Assembly: GCA_046725795.1 (NCBI GenBank)
Contig: JBKOZI010000003.1
Span: 1 to 55,184, forward strand
Origin: Actinomycetota bacterium
GTDB taxonomy: Bacteria > Actinomycetota > Thermoleophilia > Solirubrobacterales > JBBDJG01
DNA: 55,184 nucleotides
Reading direction: 5' to 3'
The notes under the pieces are model-generated. The model saw only the letters and a list, made by a program, of their open reading frames with translations, ran no database searches and was not told where the DNA came from. Below, one piece after another: positions 34,641 to 44,336 of the stretch. Both the position numbers and the translations under genes were made by a program. Positions within the stretch are counted from its first letter, which is position 1; the number at the start of each line of letters is the position of its first letter.

Positions 34641-36014
34641 ATGGCGGCGGCACTGAGACCGGGAGAGCGGGCGTGCGTCATCGGGGCCGGGTCCTCCGGC
34701 ATCTCCACCTGCCAGGTGCTGGGCGCGCGCGGCATCCCCTACGACTGCTTCGAGAAGGGGTCGCAGGTGGGTGGCAACTGGCGTTACCTCAACGACAACG
34801 GCATGTCGGCTGCCTACAAGTCGCTGTTCATCAACACCTCGCGGAAGCTCATGGAATACAAGAGCTACCCGATGCCGGACCACTATCCGGACTATCCCCA
34901 CCACTCCCAGATCGCCGCCTACTTCGACGACTACGCGGACCACTTCGGGCTGCGGGAGCACATCCGGTTCAACACCGAGGTGACCAAGGTGGAGCCGGCC
35001 GCTGACGGCGGCTGGGACGTCTCCCTTGGCGACGGCACGACCACCCGCTACGGCGCCGTGCTGGTGGCGAACGGTCACCACTGGAACCCGCGTTTGCCCG
35101 ACCCGCCGTTCCCGGGCGAGTTCGACGGCCGCGTCATGCACGCCCACGACTACAAGACCGCCGACGGCATGGAAGACAAGAACGTGCTGGTGCTCGGGAT
35201 CGGCAACTCGGCGACCGACATCGCGGTCGAGACTTCGCGGGTGTCGAACATGACGTTCCTCGCGATGCGAAGGAGCGCGCACGTGATTCCGAAGTACCTG
35301 CAGGGCAAGCCGACCGACGAGCTCGGGACCGAGCTGACGAGCCGGCTTCCGCTGGCGGTCCAGCGGCGGGCGTACGCGCGCCTGCTCAAGACCGCGCAGG
35401 GCTCGATGGAGTCCTATGGACTGCCCAAGCCGGACCCCAAGCTGCTCGAGGCGCACCCCACGATCTCCTCGGACCTGCTGCCGCGGATCGGACCCGGCCG
35501 AATCACGGTGAAGCCGAACATCGAGAGGCTCGAGGGCGATCGCGTCCGCTTCGTGGACGGATCGACCGAGCCGATCGAGGTAATCATCTTCTGCACCGGG
35601 TACAAGATCACGTTTCCCTTCTTCTCTCCCGATCTCGTAAAGGCGGAGGCGAACCGGATCCCGCTCTACCGGCGAGTCGTCGACCCAGAGCATCCCGGCC
35701 TCTACTTCATCGGGTTGATCCAGCCGCTCGGCGCGATCATGCCGATCGCGGAGCTGCAGTCCAAGTGGGTCGCGGACATCCTCGAAGGCAAGGTCGAGCT
35801 TCCCTCCCCGGAGGAGATGCGCGAGGTGATCGGGCGGGAGGACGAGCGCATGGCGAAGCGCTACGTGCGGTCACCGCGCCACACGATTCAGGTGGACTTC
35901 TACCCGTACATGCGCACGCTCAGGCGCGAACGCCGGAGGGGTAAGCGAGGCGGCCTCGCGGGGATGCTCGCCCAGCGCTCGCACGAGCTGCGCCTCAGCT
36001 CCCCTGGTGGGTGA
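34641..36014 (+). CDS. flavin-containing monooxygenase (FMO/BVMO-like, FAD/NADPH-dependent)
   Basis: GAGSSG FAD motif, FEKGSQVGGNW, VLVLGIGNSATD NADPH motif, FCTGY. Confidence 0.9.
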   Translation: MAAALRPGERACVIGAGSSGISTCQVLGARGIPYDCFEKGSQVGGNWRYLNDNGMSAAYKSLFINTSRKLMEYKSYPMPDHYPDYPHHSQIAAYFDDYADHFGLREHIRFNTEVTKVEPAADGGWDVSLGDGTTTRYGAVLVANGHHWNPRLPDPPFPGEFDGRVMHAHDYKTADGMEDKNVLVLGIGNSATDIAVETSRVSNMTFLAMRRSAHVIPKYLQGKPTDELGTELTSRLPLAVQRRAYARLLKTAQGSMESYGLPKPDPKLLEAHPTISSDLLPRIGPGRITVKPNIERLEGDRVRFVDGSTEPIEVIIFCTGYKITFPFFSPDLVKAEANRIPLYRRVVDPEHPGLYFIGLIQPLGAIMPIAELQSKWVADILEGKVELPSPEEMREVIGREDERMAKRYVRSPRHTIQVDFYPYMRTLRRERRRGKRGGLAGMLAQRSHELRLSSPGG

Positions 36015-36027
36015 CGGAGGGAGCTCC

Positions 36028-36438
36028 ATGCCGTCATTCGAGTTCGACCACGTGGCCGTGGCGGTCCGCTCGATCAAGCAGGCGTTGAAGCTCTACCGCG
36101 ACGGCCTCGGCGGCGAATACCTGATGCGCGGCGATCAGGACACCTGGCGGTGGCTGCAGCTGCGTTATCCGGGTGGCGGCAAGGTCGAGCTGCTGGAGCC
36201 GCTCGGCGAAGGTTTCCTCTCGAAGTTCCTGGACTCGCGCGGCGAGGGACTTCACCACGTCACGTTCAAGACCGACGACATCGAGGCGGCAATCGCGCAT
36301 CTTCGGGAGCTCGGCTTCGAGCTCGTGGACGTCGATCTCTCCAATCTGCACTGGAAAGAGGCGTTCCTGCGACCGTCGAAATCCCACGGGACCTTGATCC
36401 AGATCGCCCAGTCGTCCGGCCCCGGCGAAACGGTATAG
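36028..36438 (+). CDS. VOC family protein (glyoxalase / methylmalonyl-CoA-epimerase-like)
   Basis: FDHVAVAVRSI..., GGKVELLEPLG, GEGLHHVTFKTDDIEAA. GGAGGGA lies upstream of ATG 36028. Confidence 0.85.
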   Translation: MPSFEFDHVAVAVRSIKQALKLYRDGLGGEYLMRGDQDTWRWLQLRYPGGGKVELLEPLGEGFLSKFLDSRGEGLHHVTFKTDDIEAAIAHLRELGFELVDVDLSNLHWKEAFLRPSKSHGTLIQIAQSSGPGETV

Positions 36439-36469
36439 GCACCGTCGATATGCGAGCAGATCGACCGGT

Positions 36470-37117
36470 CTACTTGGGGATCCGGCTCAAGGTGCTACCG
36501 AGCTCGGCCAGGAACGCCGGGTCCACGCTGTGCCCCATCGGCGATTCGCGGTAGACGACCTCGAAACCGGCCGCCGTCAGGCGATCTCGTGCCTCCCGTG
36601 AGAACTCGACGGGGATGATCGGGTCGGAGGTGCCGTGCCCGATCGCGACCCCAGGGCGGGAGGGATCGGAGAGATCCAGCTCGAAGCCTTCGACGGTCGG
36701 GATGAAGCCGCTGAGCGCGACGAGCGCATCCGGACGCGGGCGCCCCGCTCCGAGCGCGAGCGCGTAGGACATCACCGCCCCCTGCGAAAAACCCCCCAGG
36801 ACAAAGCGGCCCCCGGGCACGCCGAACGCCTCGGGGAGCCCGTCGAGCCACTCGCCGAGTGCCTCGTAGGTCGCGAAGAAGCTCTCCGGGTCGGGGTAGC
36901 CGATCTCGCGGATCACGTACCAGTGCGCTCCACCCGGAGGCAGCCGCAGCGGGCCGCGCGGAGTCACTCCGACGAAGCGCGCGGCCGGGTCCAGCAGGTC
37001 GAGCAACGGAAAGAGATCGTGCTCGTCGGTGCCGCGGCCGTGGAGCAGCACGAGCACGCCCTCGGGATCGCCGCGCGCCGGTCGAATGCGATGTGGGAAT
37101 TGCTCGAGTGAGCTCAT
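36470..37117 (-). CDS. phospholipase/carboxylesterase-family alpha/beta hydrolase
   Basis: VLLHGRGTDEHDL, nucleophile elbow GGFSQGAVMS, C-terminal GHS. Confidence 0.9.
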   Translation of the reverse strand: MSSLEQFPHRIRPARGDPEGVLVLLHGRGTDEHDLFPLLDLLDPAARFVGVTPRGPLRLPPGGAHWYVIREIGYPDPESFFATYEALGEWLDGLPEAFGVPGGRFVLGGFSQGAVMSYALALGAGRPRPDALVALSGFIPTVEGFELDLSDPSRPGVAIGHGTSDPIIPVEFSREARDRLTAAGFEVVYRESPMGHSVDPAFLAELGSTLSRIPK

Positions 37118-37134
37118 CTGGTAATGGTGACGGC

Positions 37135-37821
37135 GTGACCGCGCTCCCCAACATCGGCCTCTACCGCAAGGGGACCGCCGCCGCGCTCGTGGTCGGGCCG
37201 TTTCTGTTCCTGGTCGACAACCTGCTGCATCCTAAGGAGTACACGCGTGACCACGAGGCGGATCAGCTCGCCAAGATCGCGGAGTCGTACACGCGCTGGC
37301 AGCTGGCACACGCGATCGGCTTCCTGGCGCTGATCGTGTTCACGGCGGCCGTGCTCGGGCTCGCGTTCTGTGTCCGAAGGCGCCGCCCGACACTCGGGCT
37401 GGTCGCCGGCGCGCTCGGGATCGCCGGCCTGATGGGGGGAGCCGCGGTGTTTGCGATCGACGGCTACACCTGGGGCGTACTGGGGGAGGTCTCCACGAGA
37501 TCAGGAGTCGATCAGCGGACCCTCGAGGTGGCGCTCCACGAAGTGCAGAACTCATCTTGGTCACTGGTCTACTACCTGTCTGTGCTTCTCTGGATCGGAG
37601 GCGTCGCCGCGCTCGCGATCGCCGCGGCCCGATACGCAGGCGTTCCGCGGCTCGCGGGCGCCCTGCTGGCGCTGGGCGCGCTGATGGTCGGAATCGAAAG
37701 CGGTGTGACCAGCAACGCCTACTTCATCGTGAGCTCGGTGGTCTGGCTGGCCGGTGGGATCGCGGTCGCGACCGCGCTCGCGCGGATGTCAGACGCCCAG
37801 TTCGCGGGTGAGCACCCTTGA
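37135..37821 (+). CDS. integral membrane protein, unknown function
   Basis: GTG 37135 (MTALPNIGLYRKG...) with about 6 hydrophobic segments. The track ORF 36859..37821 upstream part is antisense to the esterase gene. Confidence 0.6.
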   Translation: MTALPNIGLYRKGTAAALVVGPFLFLVDNLLHPKEYTRDHEADQLAKIAESYTRWQLAHAIGFLALIVFTAAVLGLAFCVRRRRPTLGLVAGALGIAGLMGGAAVFAIDGYTWGVLGEVSTRSGVDQRTLEVALHEVQNSSWSLVYYLSVLLWIGGVAALAIAAARYAGVPRLAGALLALGALMVGIESGVTSNAYFIVSSVVWLAGGIAVATALARMSDAQFAGEHP

Positions 37822-38588
37822 CCGATCCGCTGCTCGAGGTGATGTTCGGGTCGCTGCGCGCCTCGGCGCGACTGATCGGCAAGGGTGCAGAGGGCAACCG
37901 CGTACTAGAGCTGGAGGGCGTGACGGCCGCGATCGTGCCGGCGGCTCCGGACCGCTCGGTCGTGAACTCGGTCGTGTACGACAGCGCGGATGTCCTCGCG
38001 AACGCGCTGGGCACGCTCGCCGACACCTACGAGGAGGCGGGCGTGCGGGCCTGGACCGTATGGACACGCGACGGCGATGAGCGTGCCGTCCGAACGCTCG
38101 AGTCCGCGGGACACCGGCTCGACGCGTCGCCGCAGGCGATGGGAATGGCGCTTTCCGAGCTTCGCGACCCGCCCGGGGCCGAGCCGGAGTGGAGCAGCGA
38201 CTGGGACCTGGACGCAGCCGGTTTGATCAACGACCGCGCCTACGGTGACCCCGAAGGCCTGTGGTCGAGCGCGCTCGGGGAACTGCCGAAGGGCATCGCT
38301 CATCTGTACCTGGTGCGGCTGGACGGCAAGCCCGCCTCGATGGTGATGGTGCACGATCACGGGGGCGATTGCGCTTTCTGGTTCGCCGCAACGGTGCCCG
38401 AGGCACGCGGGCGCGGGCTGGTGGGCAGCATGCTTCACCGCGCACTTGTGGACGCCAGCGAGCGAGGCTGCGAAACCACCACCACGCAGGCGACGGCGAT
38501 GGGCCGCCCCATCTACGCCAGGCTCGGCTACCGGGACCTCGGCCCGATCCCCATGTACGAGCGAAGGAAGCTCAGGCCACCGCTCTAG
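37818..38588 (+). CDS. GNAT-family N-acetyltransferase
   Basis: C-terminal acetyl-CoA-binding pattern ...VPEARGRGLVGSMLHRAL...ATAMGRPIYARLGY. The TTG start overlaps the previous stop (TTGA). Confidence 0.75.
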   Translation: MTDPLLEVMFGSLRASARLIGKGAEGNRVLELEGVTAAIVPAAPDRSVVNSVVYDSADVLANALGTLADTYEEAGVRAWTVWTRDGDERAVRTLESAGHRLDASPQAMGMALSELRDPPGAEPEWSSDWDLDAAGLINDRAYGDPEGLWSSALGELPKGIAHLYLVRLDGKPASMVMVHDHGGDCAFWFAATVPEARGRGLVGSMLHRALVDASERGCETTTTQATAMGRPIYARLGYRDLGPIPMYERRKLRPPL

Positions 38589-41119
38589 CGGTGGCCTGAG
38601 TAGCTAATTGCCTGCTGGAAGGTGGGCCGATTGGTCCAACGCATCGTGACGGTCAGGAAGCCCGGCAGGAACTGGATCCGCTCCGGCGTCGCGTCCGCCC
38701 GCCAGGCCGCCGGGTTGTCGGTCCCTTGAGCGGCGGCGAGCTCGTCTCCGGCCTGATGCAAGGCGGCCCATAGCGAGTCCCTGCAGGCGACGAGGCTCAG
38801 GCTCTGTCGGCCGTGCCCTTTCCCTCGGCGGATCTTGCCCTTGTGCCCCGTGTTGCCGGCGTGGTTCGCGCCGCAGAAGCGGGTCTCGAAGGCGCCCTCC
38901 ACCCGTTGCCCCGCAACAGACCGGAGATCCTTGTCGACGTAGCTGTACCACCCCGTGTTGTAGGCCGAACCCTGTCTGCTCGGGCGATTGTCGCGCGTTA
39001 TCAGAGATGCGAGCTCGTCCAGCTGTGGACCAAGCACCGGGCTCATCACCGCATCGGCGATCTTCGGCCACGCCTGGTCCATGATCGCGGCGCCAGGATC
39101 GTCGATCTTGTTGTCCCCGTCCCGGTCGAGCCTGCTCGAGCCCGACTCTCGCCACGCCTTCAGCAGGTCGAGCATCTGCTGGTCGCGCGGGCTGGGGGCG
39201 GGGCCGGTCTCGAGCACGCGCTGGATGCTCTGCAACACCTTGGCCGTGCGCAGGTCCTGCGTCGCCGCCCGGTTCATCGCCGCGACGGTCGAGCCGAGCG
39301 TATGCGTCCAGCGGCGATCGATCGCGTCGTGCAGGAGTTGCTCGCGATGGATCGAGCCGTAGGTCCAGTTGTCGTCCGCGGCCTCCCACCCTGCGGCCGG
39401 TTTGTTGTTCCAGTTCGTGATGGCGCCGTCACGCGGCTCGGTGCCGTGCGGATGCCGGCGCTGCGACAGGAACCCACGCCACTCGAAGCGGCCGTCGCCG
39501 TTGGTCGGAAGTCCGATGTCGACACCGTGGTCACGGATCGGCAACCTGCCGCTCGAGAACATCGCGATGTCCTCGTCGTCCGCATAGAACCAGTTGAAGG
39601 TGAATTCGATCTTGTTGGCGGATTCGAAGAAGCTGCGCGGGTCGTGCACTTTGTTCGTGTTGAGATCCGCGAATCCAAGCGCGCTCGCGACCTCGCGGCC
39701 ACGCGTCGCTCGTGCGGACGACAGCGCCACTCGCCTTCCCCCGACCGTGGCGTAGCCGATCACGGGGCCGTGCACTGTCTCGTGGAACACGACAGGGCCG
39801 GACCCGCTCTGGGACAGCAACGAACCGGCGTCAAATGTCGTCATCTCACGACACTCACCCTTGAAGCGGTAGTGCGTGTCGTCGCCACAGAGGGTCTCGA
39901 CGAAGATGTCGATGATGTCGCTTCCCGACGAGGTGGCGCTCCACGAGTAGTCCTGGCCGCGACCGAGCTCCACGTACGGTCCGGAGCCCGGGAAGGTCGC
40001 GCCGCGGGCGTCGATCCCGCCGCCGTGGGCATCGACCTCGTAGAGCACCTGTGGGAAGAAGTAGCCGACCTGGGGACCCGCCACGAAGAAAGGATGCCCT
40101 GTGGCCGAGCGCGACTTCCCCACCAGCACCGCGTTGCTCGCCGGCGACCGGATCGCCTGGCTTGCGGCAGCGGCGCTTGCGGCGGTCGTATCGAGGCTTG
40201 CGGCGTCCAGCAGCACGTTCCCCCTGAATCCCTTGTTCCACTGCTGGCGGAACCGGCCGTCGACGGAGACCGGCGCCTCAGGATCCTTTTGCTGTCGCAG
40301 ATCGTTCCAGACCTCGAATCCCTCACGCCGGCCGAGGCGGTTTTGCAACGCGGACAGGAGCTCGGAGCGGCGGGCCTCGTCGCCGCCGCCCCTGCCGAAC
40401 ACCGCACCGATCATCGCCGCGACCGCGACCACGTCGTTCCTGTTCCAGGGCCGGCCCGAGACATGGGCGAACGCGCGCCACGCGTTGATGCCGTCGAGGT
40501 AGTTGTCGATGTCGGTGATGATCTGCTGGCCTTCGGGTCCCACGTCCTCCAGCACCTTCACCTGGGCGGCCAGGAAGTCTTCGGTCTGCTGAGAGGGCGT
40601 GAACTGCCCGAAATTGAGCGCGAGGTTGAAAGCGTTGAGCCCGGGAGCGTCCACGGCCGCCACGCGGCCGGGGTTGCGCAGCAGGTCCATCAGCAGCGTC
40701 CGATCCTCGGCCGTCACGTAACCGATGCCGAACATCACGTCGGCCCGTGTCGGTGCGTCGATGTGCGCGACTTCGTTCTCGTCGCGCTTGATCACCAGGT
40801 CGGGATGGCCCGCGACGGTCTCCGTACGCCTCAGCGGAACGCTCAAACCGAAGGTGTTCGGCTTGAAGTAGGTCGGAAGGTCGGCATCCGTGACCTGGTC
40901 GAACAGCGGCGTGAGCCCGTCGTACAGGGTGGCCTGATCGGTCGCGTACGGCGGGAACGGGGGGAAGCTGCCGAACTGCCCCGGCGGGAGCACGTTGAAC
41001 GCATGTCCCGGCGCCGAGAAATCGGGCGCGCTCGCTCCGAACGCCAGCGAAGAGCTACCCGCAAGGACACAGAACACGGCCAACAGCGACGCAGCAACCT
41101 TGCCGGCGAAACGGGACAT
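38585..41119 (-). CDS. penicillin acylase / amidase family (Ntn hydrolase, S45) secreted protein
   Basis: Signal peptide MSRFAGKVAASLLAVFCVLAGSSSLAFG. Alpha-subunit motifs, with candidate beta-subunit nucleophile ...RSPA|SNAVLVG. About 844 aa. The track ORF (1536 aa) upstream of 41119 is antisense to the PHP gene. Confidence 0.88.
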   Translation of the reverse strand: MSRFAGKVAASLLAVFCVLAGSSSLAFGASAPDFSAPGHAFNVLPPGQFGSFPPFPPYATDQATLYDGLTPLFDQVTDADLPTYFKPNTFGLSVPLRRTETVAGHPDLVIKRDENEVAHIDAPTRADVMFGIGYVTAEDRTLLMDLLRNPGRVAAVDAPGLNAFNLALNFGQFTPSQQTEDFLAAQVKVLEDVGPEGQQIITDIDNYLDGINAWRAFAHVSGRPWNRNDVVAVAAMIGAVFGRGGGDEARRSELLSALQNRLGRREGFEVWNDLRQQKDPEAPVSVDGRFRQQWNKGFRGNVLLDAASLDTTAASAAAASQAIRSPASNAVLVGKSRSATGHPFFVAGPQVGYFFPQVLYEVDAHGGGIDARGATFPGSGPYVELGRGQDYSWSATSSGSDIIDIFVETLCGDDTHYRFKGECREMTTFDAGSLLSQSGSGPVVFHETVHGPVIGYATVGGRRVALSSARATRGREVASALGFADLNTNKVHDPRSFFESANKIEFTFNWFYADDEDIAMFSSGRLPIRDHGVDIGLPTNGDGRFEWRGFLSQRRHPHGTEPRDGAITNWNNKPAAGWEAADDNWTYGSIHREQLLHDAIDRRWTHTLGSTVAAMNRAATQDLRTAKVLQSIQRVLETGPAPSPRDQQMLDLLKAWRESGSSRLDRDGDNKIDDPGAAIMDQAWPKIADAVMSPVLGPQLDELASLITRDNRPSRQGSAYNTGWYSYVDKDLRSVAGQRVEGAFETRFCGANHAGNTGHKGKIRRGKGHGRQSLSLVACRDSLWAALHQAGDELAAAQGTDNPAAWRADATPERIQFLPGFLTVTMRWTNRPTFQQAISYSGHR

Positions 41120-41227
41120 CCGACGCCTGCCTTTCCTCTCAGTTCTCCCGGACAGCCCGACCCTAACGGAGCCTGGTGCGCGGGTGCAACCCCCGGGTAA
41201 ACTGCCGGCGCAGGAGGATCTGGGGGA

Positions 41228-43675
41228 GTGAGGATCGCGAAAGTTATTGCCTGCGCGCTCGGCCTGCTCGCGCTGCTGCCGGCCGCGATGGCGCACGCCC
41301 ACCTCGCAACTCAAGCGGTCACCGCGGCTCCGGCCGATTGCGGCGGCGCATCGGACGCTTCTCTGTCTCCGCTGACCGTAATCAGCGGCGAGTTCGACAC
41401 GACCGTCGAGGGCGGCTACGTGCTGCTTCCGTTCACCGTCCCGGCGGGCTCGACCGCGGTTCGGGTCCGCTATTGCTACGACCAGCCGGAGGCGCCCACC
41501 AACAGCCGCATCAAGCACGTTCTCGATCTCGGCCTCTATGACACGCGACCGGTGCCCGGTGCGCTGTGGGGCCCAAGCGAGTTCCGGGGCTGGGGCGGCT
41601 CCAGCCATCCCGACGTGACTGTGTCTCCAAACGGCTTCTCGGCCGAAGCCGACTACGTCGCAAACCCGCGGCTTCACCGCCACGGCAAGACCACCCGCGG
41701 TTTCGAGCCGGGACCGGTCCCGCCCGGCGAGTGGGCGGTGGAGCTCGGAGTCGCAGCGGTCGCGTCGCAGTCGGAGGGCGACTCGGACGGCAAGGTTGCG
41801 TGGCGCGTGCAGATCGACGTGAGCAGCGACGCTTCGTGGACGGACAGCCCGTACCAACCAGCAAGCTACGACTCCGGTGCCGCGCGGAACGGGCCCGGCT
41901 GGTACGCGGGAGACTTCCATGTCCACGCGGAGCACTCGTCGCTCGGCGACGCCACCATGCGCGAGGCGTTCGACTACGCATTCCGCCCCATCTCCGCCGG
42001 TGGCGCGGGTCTCGACTTCATCACGCTTTCGGATTACGTGAGCGACTCCGCGTGGGGCGAGATCGGCCGGTACCAGCCGGACTATCCGGGCAAACTGATC
42101 GTGCGCAGCGCAGAGATCATCACCTACCGCGGCCACGCGAACAACCACGCGAGCGCGACCTACGTCGACTACCGCACCGGCCCCGTCTACGAGCGCGGCG
42201 CGGACGGCACGCTTCAGGTCGCTCGAGTTGCGCGGCCGGCGAGCGCGCTCTTCGACGCCGTCCACGCCGCGGGAGGCTTCACCCAGATCAACCACCCAAC
42301 GATCTTCCCCTCGGCCGTGCCGGGCTTCGACTTCATCTGCCGCGGCTGCCCCTGGGACTACACCGATGCTGAGACCGACTACGCCAAGGTCGATGCGATC
42401 GAGGTCGCGACCGGTCCAGCCGGCCTCCAGCAAAATCCAGAGCCGGGGCCCAACCCGTTCACGCCGGCGGCGATCCAGTTCTACGAGGACGCGATCGACG
42501 CGGGTGGACAGAACCGGAACCACATCGCCGCCGTCGGCTCGAGCGATTCGCACAATGCCGGCCGCACTCCCGACCCGGTGACACAGGCGCCGATCGGCAC
42601 CGCGACCACTGTCGTCTACGCCGAGGAGCTGTCGGAGAGCGGCCTCGAGCAAGGCGTGAAGGCCGGGCACACCTACGTGAAGGTCTTCGGGAACGACGGG
42701 CCCGACCTTCGCTTCGAGGCGACAGCACCGGGAGCGGCGCCGGCGATGATGGGCGACACGATCCGTACCGGCGGCGTCCAGTTCACCGCGCGCGTCCTGG
42801 GCGCCGGGCCGGGCGCGGTGCGCCCTGGGGACTATGAGCTCTACGTGTTCAAGGACGGCGCCCCTCTCCTTGCCGCACCGGTCACGAGCGACGACTTCAC
42901 CTTCCCCTTCCCGGGCGTCGGGCCAGGGCGATATCGCCTCCAGGTCCAGCGCGACAGCGCGATCGAGGCCGTCTCGAGCCCTATCTACGTCGAGCCCGCG
43001 TTGTACTCGCGGCCGAGGGGGGCGACTCCGCTCTACCTCCCGCTCGTACCGGCGTTCGTCGAATGCGGCACGCCCGACTCCACACACGGCGCGCCGCTCG
43101 CGTTTTCCTCGTGCTCGCAACCGCGGCAGGAGTCGCAGACGCTGACCGTCGGCACCCCGGACGCGAACCAGTTGCCGGTTCGCGCGACGGCCCACGCACG
43201 GATCGACGCCCGCCCGGGCGACTCCGCGACGAGCACGGATGAAGCCGACGTCGCGGTCGCCGTGAACGCCACGGACGTGCGGTGCGCGATCGCCAGTGAC
43301 GGTTGTCCGGGCGGCCCGGGGAGCGACTTCGACGGCCGGATGCTCTTGCGCGCGGCGCTTCGCATCACCGACCGCGACAACGGCACCGCGGTTTCGCAGG
43401 GCGAGCCCGGTACCGTGGTCGACATCTCGATGGAAGTCCCGGTCACGTGCTCTCCCACGAGTACATCGACCGGCTCGACCTGTGCCGTTGCCACCACCTT
43501 CGACGCGCTCTTCCCGGGCGCCGTGAAGGAAAACGGACGCGCGATCTGGGAGGTCGGCGCCGCCGCGCTCGACGATCCGGGACCGAACGGCACCGGCTAC
43601 GGCGCGGGCTGCCCGTCGACCTGCGGCGACGGCGACGAGTCGCCGTTCATGCGCCAGGGCGTCTTCGTGCCCTGA
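41228..43675 (+). CDS. secreted PHP-domain (CehA/McbA-like) metallohydrolase with large N- and C-terminal extra domains
   Basis: Signal peptide ...LLPAAMAHA. GDFHVHAEHS, ITLSDY, QINHP and GSSDSHN motifs in PHP order. The Cys-containing C-terminal about 250 aa is unassigned. Confidence 0.78.
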   Translation: MRIAKVIACALGLLALLPAAMAHAHLATQAVTAAPADCGGASDASLSPLTVISGEFDTTVEGGYVLLPFTVPAGSTAVRVRYCYDQPEAPTNSRIKHVLDLGLYDTRPVPGALWGPSEFRGWGGSSHPDVTVSPNGFSAEADYVANPRLHRHGKTTRGFEPGPVPPGEWAVELGVAAVASQSEGDSDGKVAWRVQIDVSSDASWTDSPYQPASYDSGAARNGPGWYAGDFHVHAEHSSLGDATMREAFDYAFRPISAGGAGLDFITLSDYVSDSAWGEIGRYQPDYPGKLIVRSAEIITYRGHANNHASATYVDYRTGPVYERGADGTLQVARVARPASALFDAVHAAGGFTQINHPTIFPSAVPGFDFICRGCPWDYTDAETDYAKVDAIEVATGPAGLQQNPEPGPNPFTPAAIQFYEDAIDAGGQNRNHIAAVGSSDSHNAGRTPDPVTQAPIGTATTVVYAEELSESGLEQGVKAGHTYVKVFGNDGPDLRFEATAPGAAPAMMGDTIRTGGVQFTARVLGAGPGAVRPGDYELYVFKDGAPLLAAPVTSDDFTFPFPGVGPGRYRLQVQRDSAIEAVSSPIYVEPALYSRPRGATPLYLPLVPAFVECGTPDSTHGAPLAFSSCSQPRQESQTLTVGTPDANQLPVRATAHARIDARPGDSATSTDEADVAVAVNATDVRCAIASDGCPGGPGSDFDGRMLLRAALRITDRDNGTAVSQGEPGTVVDISMEVPVTCSPTSTSTGSTCAVATTFDALFPGAVKENGRAIWEVGAAALDDPGPNGTGYGAGCPSTCGDGDESPFMRQGVFVP

Positions 43676-43681
43676 CGGTCA

Positions 43682-43930
43682 TTACTCCGGCAGCAGCCGG
43701 ATCCGGGCCATCCACCCGTTCAATTCCTCGACCCTGCCCATCGAGCCGCCGTCTCCGTCCATCAGGAAGACCAGCTCGCCGACGCGAGGATGCCGGGGCC
43801 CGTTCATGATGAATCGCATCGAGGTCCAGACGCACCGGTCCTCGTCCACCTCGTCGAGGTGGGCCCTCAATACGACCTCGCGCGCCGCGAAATCGAGCTT
43901 TCCTTGCTCTTCCTCCACCATAAGATCCAC
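43682..43930 (-). CDS. small hypothetical protein (about 80 aa)
   Basis: Good GC3 and an acidic N-terminus. No family recognised. Alternative ATG at 43921. Confidence 0.5.
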   Translation of the reverse strand: MDLMVEEEQGKLDFAAREVVLRAHLDEVDEDRCVWTSMRFIMNGPRHPRVGELVFLMDGDGGSMGRVEELNGWMARIRLLPE

Positions 43931-43977
43931 CCCGCCTCGGAAGGATACTCTCGCCGGAGGGATAGTCTCGCGCCGAG

Positions 43978-44331
43978 ATGGCGATCAGCTCGGCGCTCGC
44001 GGGAGAGGACTACTGCTACCTGACGACCACGGGCCGCACGAGCGGCAGGCCGCGCGAGATCGAGATCTGGTTCGATTTGGACGGCCCCACCGTGTACATG
44101 CTCTCCGGGGGCCGTGACCGCTCCGACTGGGTGAAGAACCTGCTGCGGGAGCCGCGCGTGAACGTGCGCGTCGGCCACGAGCGATCAGGCGGCACCGCGC
44201 GCGTGGTCGAGGAGGCCGGCGAGCAGACCCACGCGCGCAGTCTGCTCTTCGACAAATACAGCCGGCGCTATACGGGCGACCTGGAGCGGTGGCGCGACAC
44301 GGCGCTGCCGGTTGCGGTCGATCTGGACTGA
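43978..44331 (+). CDS. deazaflavin (F420)-dependent nitroreductase family (DDN-like) protein
   Basis: ...YLTTTGRTSGRPREIEIWF...GGRDRSDWVKNLLREPRVNVRV pattern typical of PF04075-type proteins. Confidence 0.78.
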   Translation: MAISSALAGEDYCYLTTTGRTSGRPREIEIWFDLDGPTVYMLSGGRDRSDWVKNLLREPRVNVRVGHERSGGTARVVEEAGEQTHARSLLFDKYSRRYTGDLERWRDTALPVAVDLD

Positions 44332-44336
44332 GAACT

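Noticed and set aside
37124-37138. 4-codon mini-ORF (ATG GTG ACG GCG TGA) overlapping GTG 37135 as GTGA
   Set aside because: It has no SD in front, and at four codons it is too short to distinguish from chance. It is therefore not counted with the SD-bearing leader ORFs.
41120-43195. N-terminal 690 aa of the 1536-aa track ORF 38585..43195
   Set aside because: This part is antisense to the PHP-domain gene and low in complexity. The acylase has its own SD-preceded ATG and signal peptide at 41119.
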